Shown: positions 39,293 through 52,998, counted from the first letter of the stretch. The stretch is DNA of 64,000 nt from Vicugna vicugna (GCA_013265495.1 MU058213.1:248001-312000); one strand, 5' to 3'. Numbers and translations: made by a program. Notes: generated by a model from the letters alone, not told the origin.

Positions 39293-41095
39293 TATGCTAG
39301 TAGGATGCCCAAAGGGAGAAGGAGAAACTAAGTAAGAGAGGGTATGACTGTAATAGTGAGCCAGGTAAGCAAGGACAAGTGCCATCCCGTCCACAAGTGA
39401 AGGAACTGGTCCCACATAAGAGTGGACAGTGCATCCATGGCAACACAAGGGAAGGCAGAACATATAGGCTCCAACGGAGGGGGATGGATAGATACAGGGG
39501 GGTGGTGGCAGCTTATCAAAGTTCTCTTCTGAGTACCTATTTTCTTAGGCAAGAATCCACAGTAAACAAATGCTAGCATGGGAGTGCAGACTGTCATAAG
39601 GGAATTCACCAATATCCAGTGGCACAGAGCTTCAGTTTTACATACAGCAGCTACATAGAGACAACGCAGTGCACACACAACGTAAGTCAAACCAGAGGTA
39701 CCTGCATACTACCAAAAGAAAAGACCTAAGGACTATCCTTAAATGAAAGGGTGAAATCAAGAAAAAGTTCTCTCTGGAAAGGGATAATGATAAGGAAGAT
39801 TCCATCTGCACCTGGACTCTTGAGTACAGGAAGAGGTCTCTGCTGGGTATTTGTAACCACAAAATGGGCCTCATGAGACCCAAGTGTACACTGTGTGGAC
39901 TACTTTCAAGCTGAGAATTTACTTAGAGTAGGGTGTGCCTCCAAGTGCCTGGTACAAGTTACATAAACCTTTTCTGGAAGAATGCATACTTACCCAAGCC
40001 TCAAAGCATTCCCAAGACACACTTGCAACAAATACTTTCTCAATGAAATACAAAGCCAGCTGATTATGGTGCTTTGAAATCCAAAACACCTATGTTAAAA
40101 TCCCAGCTCCGCCTTCTGCCTATCTGTTTCCAGGAAGGTCTCAAGCTGCAGTTTCCCCTTCTGTACAAGGAGAGAGTAGCGCTTGCCCCATAGGCTTTTT
40201 GAAGGCACACTTTCCAGTACATAACTCTCACCAATTAGTAGTCACTGTCATAACGGTACCAGTAGTTATTCTTCTAACCACAAATTACTTGTAAATTCTA
40301 CTTAATAATGTAAAATAAAAGTTGTCATCACCAATAAAATACTTCTGCACCATCTACCTCCACCCAAAATAATTGAATGTAACTCTAATCCAGTCTCTGG
40401 ACAATCCATGGATCAAAGAATGAATCACAATAAAAATTAGAAAAAATTATATTTAGAATAATAATGAAAATAATACATATCAAAAGTCATGAAATGAAAG
40501 AAATTTGCGGGATAAAGCTAAGCTCAGAGGAAAATCTAGTGTTAAATATATATATACTTAAAAAAAGGCTGAACATTCATCTCAAAAAGTTTTTTGGGGG
40601 AAAAAAAAAACCAGAACAACCAAACAGAAATTAATAAAAGAACAGATATACAAAACCAAAAGTCAGTTTTCTGAAAAGATTTGTAAAATTGATTGACCCT
40701 TAGTGAGATGAATCAAGAAAAAAAGAGAAAGTACAATCAATATCAAAAATTAAAAAAAAATCACATGTGAATTACAGACTTTAAAAAGATAACATGTTTC
40801 GCACAACTTTGTATCAATAAGTTTGAAAATTTAGATAAAACTGGCAAATTCTAGATAAATATAACTAATCAAACCTGACATAAAAAAGAAGGAAATCTAA
40901 ATAGCCCTCTAACTATTTTAAAAATTGAATTCTACAAAGAAAACTCCTGGTCCAGATAGCTTCACTAGCAAATACTTAAGAATAAAACCGCACTGATTTT
41001 GCACAAACTCCTTCTATAGAGTAGATAAAGAGAACTTTCTAACCCATTTTATGAGGCCAGCATGACTTTGATATCAGAATCTGTCAAGGACATTA

Positions 41096-41405
41096 CAGGC
41101 ACACCTCAGAGATACTGGGGTTCAGTTCCAGACACTGCAATAAAAGAAACACTATTGCAATAAAGGGAGCTGCAGGAATTTTTTGGTTTCCCAGCACATA
41201 TAAAAGTCACATTTACACTACAATTAAGTAGTCTATTAAGTGTGCAGTAATAGCATTATGTCTTTAAAAAATGTACATAACTTAAAAATACTTTATTGCT
41301 AAAAAATGCTAACCATCATCTGACAATACAGGGTTGTCACAAACCTTCAATTTGAAGAAAAAAAAAAAAAGGACCTGCAAAGCACAATAAAACTAGGTAT
41401 GCCTA
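41096..41405 (+). mobile_element. Internally deleted Tigger1 DNA transposon
   Basis: Left end ta|caggcacacctcagagatactggggttcagttccagac, right end gcacaataaaactaggtatgcct. Both match the Tigger1 termini as recalled. Confidence 0.85.
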
Positions 41406-41596
41406 CACAAAAAAGGAAAAATTATTTCCAAATCTCACTCTAACACATAGATCACATAAATCTGAAACAAAATATTAGCAAAGCAAATCCAGCAGAGATA
41501 TCACATTACAGTCAAGTCAGGATTATTCCAGAAACACAAAGTTTATTTAACACCTGAAAATACATCCATTTATTTCATTTTATTAAAAGAGAAAAT

Positions 41597-41718
41597 GGGG
41601 GGAGGGTATAGCTTAGTGGTAGAGTGCGTGCTTAGCATGCCCGAGGTCCTGGGTTCAATCCCCAGCACCTCCACTAACAATAAAATAAATTAAAAAAAAA
41701 AAAGAAAAAGAAAAAATA
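41597..41718 (+). mobile_element. tRNA-Ala(AGC)-derived SINE (Vic-1-like)
   Basis: gggtatagcttagtggtagagtgcgtgcttagcatgcccgaggtcctgggttcaatccccagcacctcca with A and B boxes, 5' extra G-run, A-rich tail and agaaaat flanking repeat. Confidence 0.88.
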
Positions 41719-42889
41719 AGAAAATAAAGATAATATCCTTAGACGCAGAAAAAGTATTTGCTAAGATCCAACATCATTTGTGATTAAAAATAAAATTCTA
41801 GCAATCTACAAATAAGGAAACTTCCTTTATCTGAAAAACAGTATCTACAGTAAATATCTAAGTAAATATATTGAATGGTGACACAATGAAGGTATCCTTT
41901 TGAGACTGGGAACAAGAAAAGGATACCTATTCTCACCACCTTTATTCAATACTATACTAGAGGCCCTAAATACTTCAGTAAAAAAAAAAGAAAAAGATGT
42001 AAAACACTTAAGACTTAGAAAAGATGAAATAAAACTGTCGTTATTCACAGATAATTGAATTATGCACACAGAAAATCCAAAAGGGTCTACAGAGGACTTG
42101 TTAGAATTAATGTATTTATTAAGATTGCTAGGTATAAACCCAAAATACAAAAATTAATTACCTTTCTATATACCAGTAACAATTATAAAATGAAAGTTAT
42201 ATAATGATAGCATTTATAACAACATCAAAAATACCAAATACCAAGGCATGAATCTAACATATTTAGGACCTCTACATAGAAAATTATAAAACATTACTGA
42301 GAGAAATAAATAGATCTAAAATAAATGAAGGGTTATGTCATGTTCACAGATGGGAAGACTCAATTGTAAAGACGTCAATTCTCCCAAAACAGACCTATGG
42401 AATAAACGAAATACCAATCAAAATCACAGGAGGTTTTTTGTTTGTTTTGTAAAATTTATCACGCTCATTCTAAAATATATATGGAAATACAACAGGCCAA
42501 AAATAGTCACAATAATCTGAAAAAAGAAAACCAGAAAGGTAGGACTTGCTGTACCAGATATCAAGATAATTTAAAAGTTCTAACAACTAAGGTGGCATTG
42601 GCACAAGGAAAGACCAATGGACTAGAGAAAAGAACCCAGAAAAAGATCCATACTAGTCCGGACATTTGATTTTGACAAAAGTGGCAATACTGAGCAATGG
42701 AGGAAAAAAAGGCTTTCCAACGAACTATGCTGGACAGCTGGATATCCACACAGAAAAAATGAAACCTGACTTTTTCTTCAAACCATACCTAAAAATTATT
42801 CCACAAAAATTTTAGACCCTAAATGTAGAAGACAAAAAATAAAATGTCCAGACTCTAAACTAGAAGTTCTGAAGTATTCTGACCCAAGG

Positions 42890-43325
42890 TGCCTGTGGAT
42901 AGAATACAAGATAGAAAAATTATTTTTGATACATCACCTGTATCTTCTCATGCCTTAGCAGTTTAGTGAGCCAGTTCCAATAGACAGCATTTACCTATCT
43001 TCACCTGAGCTTTCCAGGAACTGTTTATAAGTACAGAGAATTAATGCTCTGCCCTCACCAGCCCTCAACCAAGGTGCGTGTCTGTGTGATGTGTGTAAAG
43101 AACACGTATGAGGAACATCATGTTGTGAGGAGCGCTAGCTCCCAGAGTTACCCGAAGATTTAAGCTTGTTAACCACCTGCATGATAATGTACCCTTTCTT
43201 AAGCACCTTCACTTCCCTGCCTCAAATCCAGGATATTTCTTTTATGATCACTCCCCATATTAATTACATGTCCTTGAATCCTTGTCTGGGGGTCTGCCTC
43301 TTGAGAAACCAAGAAAGCCAAGACC
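42890..43325 (+). mobile_element. Probable ERVL-class LTR (LTR16-like)
   Basis: 3' end ccttgaatccttgtctgggggtctgcctcttgagaaacc...aagac resembles LTR16-type termini. Family assignment is tentative. Confidence 0.45.
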
Positions 43326-45860
43326 CAGAGTCACCATGAACTTGAGTTGGGGAAAACAATTACTTCCCTATTTTCATAACTGGTAACTGAAAATGCTGAA
43401 TTTCAGTTATGAATATCTTACACATACCAACACACCCAAGGGATATTAGCAGTACTTGCAAGTTTGTCTCTAACAAATCAAAGATGTTTTAATATTACAA
43501 GACAGCTGCTGCAGATACCTCCAAACATTTTTTGCACTCCTCACTACTTTGAAATTGTTGGTTATTAGTTTACTACTAAACTGCACACGATTGCAGTCTT
43601 TCTGCCTATAATGTTGTGCAGTCTTCCTGTCTATAATGTCATCAGCTGTTGAGCAACTACCTCTGTGCCAAGTAATTATTCAACCACAAAACAGTTGAGT
43701 GTTCTACAACTGAAGATTAACTCAAAGAGCTCTGGGTGAATTCTGATGTTCTTGGAAAACCTATCTTTGCCTCATAAAGGATAACATGGAAGTTTTAATT
43801 CCACATCCAACAACTAAATACAATTAAATTTTAACTTGTGATTTTTAAATGTAATTTTTGTTACTGATTATATTACCTAAAAGTACATAACTGATATTAT
43901 CACAAATTTACTTTTTAATATCTTGAAGCTATATTTCAATAACTATATGGTATCATTTTTAAAAGTTCAAAACTATTCAAAAATAAACATATTATTTGGG
44001 AATTTATACATGTGAAACTTTTTTTATTTTAAAAAGCAACAGAATAAAACAAAATTCAGGATTCCAACTGCCTGAGTGGGAAGGAAATGAGGAGATGCAA
44101 GAGGCAGATAAGGAACCTATTAGTTTTATGCCCTTGGTCTCAGTTGGGTACTGGGTACTTGTACATTTGTTTAATTATTATATCTTATATGTAAGTTTTA
44201 CTTTTTTTATTCTTAAGAAATGTTTTATAATTTGAAAAGGAACATTCATAGAGTGAAAAAAAAAACTCTCAAAAATGAAAAATGTGATAGCACGGAAAAA
44301 TTATCTCAAAGTTAAAGCTGAAAAACCCCCTGGAATTTAAAGCGAAAAATGAAGAGATAGAAAATGAGATGAGGGGATAAAAGTAAATTAGAGGACCAGT
44401 ACAGAAGGATCCACATCTGAATAAAGGGGGATCCAGAAAGAGAGAAAAGAGAACACTAAGGGAAGGAAATAACACAAAAGAAATAATATAAAATAATCTC
44501 CCTGAACTGAAGGACATGAGTTTTCAGATTGAACCCACCAAACTGCTTGCATAAAAAAATTATCCGTTAGAGGTATATACTAAAATAATTATAGATAACT
44601 GACCCATATCATGACATCTTGAGATGTCAAAACACCAGTGATAAAGGGAAGTTTTTTAAACCTCCATAAGCTGGAGCTGGGGGAGCATGGTCATACTGGC
44701 ACTATACCTCTCAAACAGCAACAGTGGAAGCTAGAAGGCAACGGAACCATGACTTTAAAAATCCTCAAGGAAGTTTATTTTCAACCCATTTGATGCCCAA
44801 TCAAATCAAGCATAATAGAAGAAAGAATTGTTCAGACCTAAAGGACCTCAAAAAAATTTTTTTTCAATTCTTCTTTTTGCAGAAAACTACTAGAGGATAT
44901 CTCCATCAAAACAAGGAAAGAAGATAAATGATGCTAAGAAAAAGGAAAGTTAGCAAAGGAGAGAGGCAAAGAGACTCTCCCAAGGTTGGTAAAAGAAAAT
45001 CCTAAAATGACAGCTCTACTATTTAAGACTTGGAGAACAACAAAGCCAGACTGGAGCAAAGAGAACCCACATTTCCAGGATAACTCCTGCGTGGGCTCAT
45101 ACTGTGACAAGATTCAAAGACTGTCAGAGGTACAGGGGATGGATGAGGTACAGAGAAAACTGAGCGAATAACAAAACGAACTAATTAACGCCAAAGTAAT
45201 TCTTCCATGAAGAATATTTTTCACACTTTTAATAATGTGAACAATTAAATACTGACTTACGCAAACATTATGAGATACCTATATCAGAAAGGCAGGAGGG
45301 AGGGAAGTGACTATGTGTACGTGCCAAGCGGAGGTGGGGTGGGGACATCAGCTAGAGAACTGATGTCTCAGCCACCATGGCACCAAGGCCAGAGATGACA
45401 CATAAAACTGAAAGGGGGAAAAAAAATCAAGAAATGGGAACATAAACAAATTATTCAATAGGGAAAGAAACACCAAAGTATGCAATTTTATGAGCAACTG
45501 CCTCCAGGACACAGGAATTAAGAGTGGGAAGAAGGAAGAGCTTCTTTTCACTGTGAATCTAGTAGTACTATTTTACTTTTTATAGTATGTATATATGCTG
45601 GGGGGTTTTTTAAGTTAATTTTTAAAAATCATAAGTTTTTGAAAAAGTCAAATAAAAATAAAAATAGCCATTATTTCCCAGGTGCCAACTATCCATGGAG
45701 AAGATGCCAGATCTTTTACAAATACTATCACTACTCCTCAGGCCAGCTTTGTAATGTAGGATTTTCCCAACTGACAGATGAGAACACTGAAAATGAGAAT
45801 GAACAAGAAACATTTTTAATTGTTTTGCTTCTTCTGTTTATGTTTTGTTTGCTCATTTAC

Positions 45861-45927
45861 CTTTCCAGCGGTAGCAAAATATTCACCATCAGGGGACCAT
45901 TCCATCAGATGTACAGATACTGAGGTT
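45861..45927 (-). CDS. DMXL2: DMXL2 exon 6 (67 nt): (K)TSVSVHLMEWSPDGEYFATAGK
   Basis: Acceptor cttgtctttatag, donor AAG|GTAAAT, phase 2/0. Confidence 0.95.
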
Positions 45928-46605
45928 CTATAAAGACAAGAGTTAAACTGTTAGCATTTTTAAAGTCTGGAATGCTGTCTATATAAACGGTCAAAATAAG
46001 ATTTTCATATCATCAAAACAAGAGTGTTTTCAACTCTCTAAAAATAAATATTTCACCTCCCTGAAAATACAAATGAATTCATTCAACGAATCCAAAGTTC
46101 ACTTTGGGGATCCCAAGAAGAATACAATTAACATGCATAAATGATATCCCCAGCTACATGCCCCACCCACATCCTAATGTAATGTTTCAAAAACTGAGCT
46201 CATCATCTTCCCTGGCTAGCTGGTCCCCTTCACATAATCCATATTGTTAATGGTACAGCCATCTTCCCACTTGCTAGAGTGGCTGGCAACTTTCACCACA
46301 TCCTCCCCCTCCCTATAGCCATCCATATCTCATGCACTAATGAATAATTCCTACATGGCAACCTTATCAGCCTAAATCCTGAGGTTATTACTATGAAAAT
46401 ATTTTTGTCCCCTTTTTGTTAAACAATCAACTGGAGCACTGATTAAAGGATGGTATTATAATGGATTTCAGTTAGAAAAACTCTACTTTCTAGGCTTCTA
46501 AACGCAATGGTACCATCAAAAAATAAAGATCATTATGAAAGGGAACATATTTTAGGAAGTTTTTTTTTTAATCAATGAACATTAACAACAGAGTTAGACA
46601 CTAAC

Positions 46606-46741
46606 TTGCACTGCCAGATGCACTTCCAATCATTTAAAACAGGAAGAATTTTATTATCAATTTCTTCCTCCTCTTCCAGAATGTCACCTCCTGGAGGAGC
46701 CCACAACTGAATAGAATCGGTTGCTGTCAACAATCTGTTAT
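46606..46741 (-). CDS. DMXL2: DMXL2 exon 5 (136 nt): (D)NRLLTATDSIQLWAPPGGDILEEEEEIDNKILPVLNDWKCIWQC(K)
   Basis: Acceptor tttaattttcag, donor CAA|GTTAGT, phase 1/2. Confidence 0.95.
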
Positions 46742-47575
46742 CTGAAAATTAAAGAATGTTCTGATGAATAAGCAAGGATTATCTAGAGAAATAAATGCAC
46801 GTGTGGGCTTCTATTTAGGCCTATAAACTATTCTGTGAAAAATAAGCAATATTGTCTATGAAAAACACTTAACAGTCTATCCATTTAAAAGCTCTAAGAA
46901 CCCACCAGACAAGAAAACTTGAGGGAAAATTGAGAACAAAAAAGAAAAGCCCACCACCAAAGAGCTACTGTGTATCAGGAAAACCTTTTTTAAAAAAATA
47001 TTATTTACAGTAAAAGTAGAATAACAAAACCATACCCCCAAAACTCTGATACATACAACAACAGAATATTCTCAGGATAGAAGACAAAACTAAAGATGAG
47101 TGAAATCTGTTGTTCTACATGAATATTAAAACTACCCTCATTATTTGTGAGTGCCAAAAGGGACAACAGCCATTACCATTAGAGGTTTCCGATCTTTCAA
47201 TATCAAAGAATAATTTCCTGAAATTTATGAGTAACAAAACAAGATAGGGTTTTTGTTGTCTTGTTTTTATCTCTGATTTTGTTTCTTAATAAATACAGTA
47301 AGAGTAAAGCACAGCACTTTAACTAAAGAAACAAATCATCAGTTTCTTGGAATAAAACATTCAAAAGCAAGAAGGAAAAAAGCACACAACGAATAGTAAA
47401 TTAGGCACTGTACAAAGCAGTGTAAACGAAAAAGGAAGAAAGTACACTCATTGACTAGCCAAAAGAAAATACTATTGATCATTTTCATATTGTGGAAGAC
47501 TATATCACATTGTTATCATACACTTAAAGCAAATATTTACTTTTTTTGTAATTTCTAAAAATAAGTACTAAATAC

Positions 47576-47654
47576 CTTGAGGGTCCCATGCCAAATTGTA
47601 TGTCACGGAACTCAAAAAAAACTGCCCAGTTTTAAGCCACTGACACTTGAGTTG
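47576..47654 (-). CDS. DMXL2: DMXL2 exon 4 (79 nt): QLKCQWLKTGQFFLSSVTYNLAWDPQ(D)
   Basis: Acceptor tatgtttcag, donor AAG|GTATTT, phase 0/1. Confidence 0.95.
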
Positions 47655-49364
47655 CTGAAACATATAAGGAGAAAGAAAAAAATACAAACACTACCATGTC
47701 ATCATTTTCTTCAACTTAAGACTTTATGAGCCAAATCAAAAATCTAAGTATTTCACTATTATTTTCAAAATACTGTTTTTAAAACCATTTCCAACAGTTT
47801 CACTTACTATTCTACCATATCAAGCTGGGTGCCATGCCAAAACAAAGCTTGCCTCTCAGGCTTCCTTCTGCAAAATGTGTCTATAAAAACATTCTTACAT
47901 TTAGGGTATCCTTTCCTCTCTTCTCTGCCTGCAAACTCCTATGGTTATATCAAGATCGAACTAAATCATCACCTCTGCAGTGCAGCCTTTTCTGACATCC
48001 TGGCAATCCTTAGAGCAGTTTTTACATACATTTTACCAGTACAACACTGGTCACATTGAATTATTTGTTTGTATGCTGACTCTCTGATTACACTCCAACT
48101 TTTCAAGGCAGGAATTATGCAATAATGAGCTTTGTGTCTTCAGTGTTGTAATGAGTGGTACGCAGGTACTTGATAAATGTTAATAAAAACAGAATAAACG
48201 CCCATCAGAAATAAGTACAAATTATCGTAATCCTATGAAGTCAATATCTAAAATAAAACTAGATATACCTTCTAAAAAGTCAACAAATTTGAACTATGTA
48301 ATATGTAAAATCCACAAACTTGACCTATATTACATTTGAATAATTTCCATCTTTTTTTTTTACTGTTTTCACTCTAAAAGGTGGACAGAAGATTTAAAAT
48401 TTAAAAGTCAAAGGCATTTGCCATGAAATACAGTATCTAAGTAAAAAAAAGTTTAGCTATTCCTTTGCAGTAAACATAAAATGTTTTTTCGTGAAAGTAT
48501 AATGCAACATAAAGCCATCTGAAGGCTTTTTATAGGCAAGTTATTCATTAACTGCTTGGTAAGTAATAATTTAATAAATGACAATTCCTTCTCTCATTGT
48601 ATTTTTAAGTATCTAATAATTAAATAATTTATTCAAAATTCCGTAACTATCTGGGGGTAGAATTTTAAATTTTAGAAATTCAGGCAAAACCTGAATTTCA
48701 GTATCCAAAAATAATTTAATATTTTTTAATCAGGGAAAATGTTATGTTTTAAACACTACCACTGCTGACCAAACAAGTCACAATTATATTTTAAATATTG
48801 TTCAACAGACCTATTTTAAAGTAATAATTGAATCAATCCTAAAACTAGAAATATCCCTAGTATTCTTTCTTTAAGTGTTTCTCAGAGTGTAATCTGTGGG
48901 CTAATTACACAGCAGAAATTTGGGAAGGCCTGGAATCTGAATTTTTAACATGTACTCTGGGTGATGCTTAAGTACTCTAAAATTTGATATCCATTTAATA
49001 AAACGGGAAATACAATGATATAATTGGTACTTGGGGGGTAATGTAAGAAGAAATATTCAAATATGTTTAATAAAAAATATCAAAACCACTTGTTTAATGC
49101 ATTTAAATACAGTTTTTTAAATTACTGATAAATATGTCAAGATGGGAAATTGGCAGTTTTAAGTATTTGTGATGGTGGAGTTCTAATGCATGCAGTAATT
49201 TTTTAAAGGAGTTAATAATTCTAGCCATATAAGATTTTCTGAATATTAAGTAAGATAAAATACAATTCAGCACCTAGAATGAATCTGGATGGTTCTCAGT
49301 GTGATACATTAGACTACTTAGCTGGTAAGTGAATTTACCTAAGGTCTGAACTTCATTCAGCAAA

Positions 49365-49512
49365 TATAATAGTTCAGTCATGCATATACATACATATATT
49401 CATTTTCATATTCTTTTTCACTATAGGTTACTGTAAGATACTGAATATAGTTCCCCGTGCTATACAGAAGAAACCTGTTGTTTACTTTATATATAATAGT
49501 TAATATTTGCAA
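49365..49512 (-). mobile_element. L1 3' UTR fragment
   Basis: catatattcattttcatattctttttcactatagg...aatatagttccccgtgctatacag is the reverse complement of the L1 3' UTR seen elsewhere in the window. Confidence 0.75.
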
Positions 49513-49734
49513 CAAATGGCAATTTTTAAAAGGGCAGTCAAGATAGATCCCATTGACAAGGTATTACTGAGCAAACACTTTAAGGATCTGCAGGAGCTGG
49601 CCCTCAGGCTATCTAGAGAAAGAATATTTCAGACAAAAGAACAACCAGTGCAAAGGCCCTAAGGTGGGAGGGTGACAGTGAAAATGCCAGTGTGACTGGA
49701 CTGACATCAGAGGGGACAAAAATTGTAGGAGACG

Positions 49735-49900
49735 AAAGACCTGCTGTACAGCATAGGGAACTGTATTCAATTTCTTGTAATAACATATAATGGAAAGGAA
49801 TCTGAAAAATATGTATGTATGTATATGTCTAATGGAATTGCTTTGCTGTATACCTGAAACTAACACTATAAATCAACTACACTTCAATTTTTTAAAAAAT
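49735..49900 (+). mobile_element. L1 3' UTR fragment
   Basis: ctgtacagcatagggaactgtattcaa...gctgtatacctgaaactaacac...aatcaactacacttcaat + A tail. Confidence 0.78.
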
Positions 49901-50358
49901 AGAAGATGAGCTCTGGGAAGTAATAAATGGGTGCTGGAGGGAAGAAAGGCTGTAGTCTATTCTAAGGCTTTGGGGCTTTAAATCTGAGAGAATATGGAGC
50001 CACTACAGAACTTTTAGCAAAGGTTCATGATCTACTCTGTTGAGAACAAAGAGGCAAGGGGGACAGATATCAGACAAGAGACTAGTCCAGTAATCTAAAT
50101 AAGAAATAATAGTTCAACTGAGGTAGATCCCAATTAATAAGGTGAATCTCAATTAGCAATATTCTAAAAAACTGAGTTTCTAAAAGGCCTAGGAGTATAT
50201 TCCTAGTGAATGTACAAGATCTTACCATAAAGCACCAGACTAACTTCACACCAACACTTTAGACCACCTTCAGCACCAGCTCCTAAGGAGTTCTTTATTG
50301 CCATCAACTGGATTCTAAAGTCAATCCTAAAAGTATTCTACAATCATTTAATACTTAC

Positions 50359-50430
50359 ACAATTTCTCTTATGAGAATTTATGCCCAAGGGCTCAAAAAT
50401 ACAAACGGCATTACCATACGAAGCTGCAAT
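50359..50430 (-). CDS. DMXL2: DMXL2 exon 3 (72 nt): IAASYGNAVCIFEPLGINSHKRNC
   Basis: Acceptor actcttttttag, donor TGT|GTAAGT, phase 0/0. Confidence 0.95.
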
Positions 50431-52872
50431 CTAAAAAAGAGTGAACAAAGCATTAATATTTAGGAAAAGAGAAGATCAAGATCACCTCTTTTTCACAATA
50501 ATGTATAAACTGATTACATATAATACAATCCCAATGCAGTACTCATGGTTTATTCTCTTCCATAAATATAACTGGAAAAGTACTGGACTTAAGAAAATCT
50601 CTTCTCTGTTACCAAAAATTCAGCAGGCTTTATTTTACATATCAAATACAAGGCCGATCTATTCAAAGAAAACATCCTTTTCTATAAAATTTTCATTTTT
50701 TTAATACAGAAACCACTTTCTTAACAAAGACGCATTTCAATGGTACACCTGTCAGAAGCTTTATAATCCAGTGAAAATATAAAAAACCATGAGAAGTATG
50801 GAAAGACATCAAAGGGTAACAGGTATTTAAAATACATCAAATAAAATGACATTAACTACACCATCAAACAAAAAATACCAATTGCAAGAACCATGTAGAA
50901 GAAGGAATGGAGAAAACAGACTAAGGAGAAACCAGAGAGACAGCTACTGCAATTGGGGAAAAAAGAGCTGAAGCAGACATCTCCAGTGGACTTAAGCTAA
51001 GGACTCTGTTCCAGGTCACATACTTAATGAGAAGCAGCAAAAATCCGTAGGAGCTCCTAGGACCTACCAAGCCTGCTTTCCAATAACTCCTTGAAAGCCA
51101 GTTCCCAGGTTATCCTCCTCTTAGCAAGAGGGAATCAACTATAAGGAACAAACCAAAAACCATCCCTTCTGACACCTCTGGACCTACAGCTTAACTTATT
51201 AAGCTAAATTAGGTATCTGTACTTTTAAGGCGAGCCAGAAAGGTCGTTGTGATTGAAGGGCACTCTGATGCAAAAAAAAGTGACTTTGTTACTTAATATT
51301 TAATATTCTTTTCCAGAAAAAGCTTTTACTCTACAGTGGTAGGGGGGAAGCTACTTTAAATGCCTGGCTGAGGTCACACTTAGGTAAAAAGTGTTACGTT
51401 GGATCACATTCTGTTGAATGAATGAATGTCAATGAATGAATGAATAATTGTAACTGGTTAACACAAAATCATAAACGTGAGAGTAATCATCAAAAGGACT
51501 GCTGATGAAGGAAACAAAAGAAGACAGTGGTAAAAGACAATGAATCAGAGATTTCACAATCTTGGCTTCTTTTTTTTCCCCCCTCCACAATCATGGCCTC
51601 TTTACCTTCAACTAGGTAAGAAAATGTAGAAACAGTTACAAACACCAAGGTCTTCTATATTAAAAAAAAAATTTTGCTCCCAGAAAATTTGTTGATTGTG
51701 ATTATTACCAGTACATAAATAATTTATTAAAATGCATCTCTGACAACTCTAGGCAGGTTTAAAGCTACCTTGTTTGGCAGAGGGCGATGAGCAATGAAAA
51801 ATTAATGAGAGGAACTTGACACTCCCAGTGTTTTCTAAAGGGTAAGCAATGCTTAGGGAAAAAAATTAGGGAGAAAAAAATCAGAAAAGCAAGAAATAGT
51901 ATCAGAAAACAACAGGAAATTCAATGTTTCAATACTATGTCAGTTTTATCACTGGACTGTCATGTAGTGACACACCCAAATATTCAAGCTTGATACAAGC
52001 AGCAGGGTAGAGCAGTAGAAACAGTAAGAAAAAAATGAAAAAAAAATGGTAAAAAAAAATCATAATTTACTATTTGGCATAAATTTGCAAGATTACTATT
52101 TATCACCATGAATATTCTGATTTAACATAGCCTTGATAAAATATGGCATTATTTAGTAAAGAACAATTTCTAGAACACTAAGACTTTAAATTATTACAGG
52201 AAAAACATCACTTTTATATTCCCGTGGAGACATTCAATATGCTACACAACATGAGCCTTAATGAAATACTAGAATACACAGCAAATATGCCATATTTACA
52301 TATAACCAAAATCTGAATGTATATTATGAGAAACATAGTGTGAAATTTGAATTATTTTCAAATAAACCCTCTGTTTAAAGTCTGAATGAATGAACTTTAA
52401 GATTCTTCAAACAACAGTTTCATTACCAGAAACTTACAAAGCACCTGTTATATGACAAATATTATATTAGATACTAACAACATGCTACATTTCTTGATAA
52501 AAATTTGATGTTATTATAATTTAGAAGAGATAACGTGTGCTAGGTAGGGAAGATACAAATTTTCTTCCCTGCTATTGGCTTAATAGCTGCTAAAGTTATC
52601 AGCTGGCAGAGAGTACCAGTATGCACAGGATTGTGAAGCCAGCAGATCTTTCAAGACAGTATATACATGCAGAACAATTAGTTATCACATTATTAGCTTA
52701 ATGGCTCTTTACAATTTGTACAGAAACATATTATTTTACCCCTACTATTAATAGCCACCTAAGCCAGGTATATTAATTAGAAATTGTAAGACTTGTATAA
52801 AAGGATAAGAATATTCTGAGATTATTAAACACATTAAAAGATGACATTTAATAAAGTAAATAAATCTCTTAC

Positions 52873-52998
52873 TCTTCCATGTTGGTTAGAACACTCCACA
52901 CAGCTGACTTGGATGTTTCCATGCTTAGCACCAGGAATGATCTGCACACATTCAAAGTCATTTGCCAGAATAACAATATCACAGCCTGATCCATATGC
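52873..52998 (-). CDS. DMXL2: DMXL2 exon 2 (126 nt): AYGSGCDIVILANDFECVQIIPGAKHGNIQVSCVECSNQHGR
   Basis: Acceptor cttttctttttag, donor AGA|GTAAGA, phase 0/0. Confidence 0.95.

Larger units (their letters stand above)
40400..42850 (+). mobile_element. Old degraded L1 ORF2 fragment, hosting a Tigger1 and a SINE
   Basis: ccatggatcaaagaa...cctggtccagatagcttcact...cattttatgaggccagcat...gcagaaaaagtatttg...catgttcacagatgggaagactcaat. Confidence 0.85.
1..52998 (-). other. DMXL2: DMXL2 gene body, coding exons 2-18 (partial). Intron 1 continues past the right edge and exon 18 past the left edge.
   Basis: Spliced minus-strand translation AYGSGCDIVILANDFECVQIIPGAKHG...DGSHILTVGVGAN matches the DMXL2/rabconnectin-3a N-terminal WD40 region as I recall it. 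Exon phases are mutually consistent with no stops. Confidence 0.97.

Noticed and set aside
41602..41673. Functional tRNA-Ala gene
   Set aside because: Has an A-rich tail, a 5' G extension and stem mismatches, sits inside an L1, and has a second diverged copy with a TSD. It is a SINE.
578..52872. U12-type or non-canonical introns
   Set aside because: All traced junctions are GT-AG without the U12 GTATCCTT donor. The AAG acceptors of exons 17 and 18 are uncommon but ordinary.
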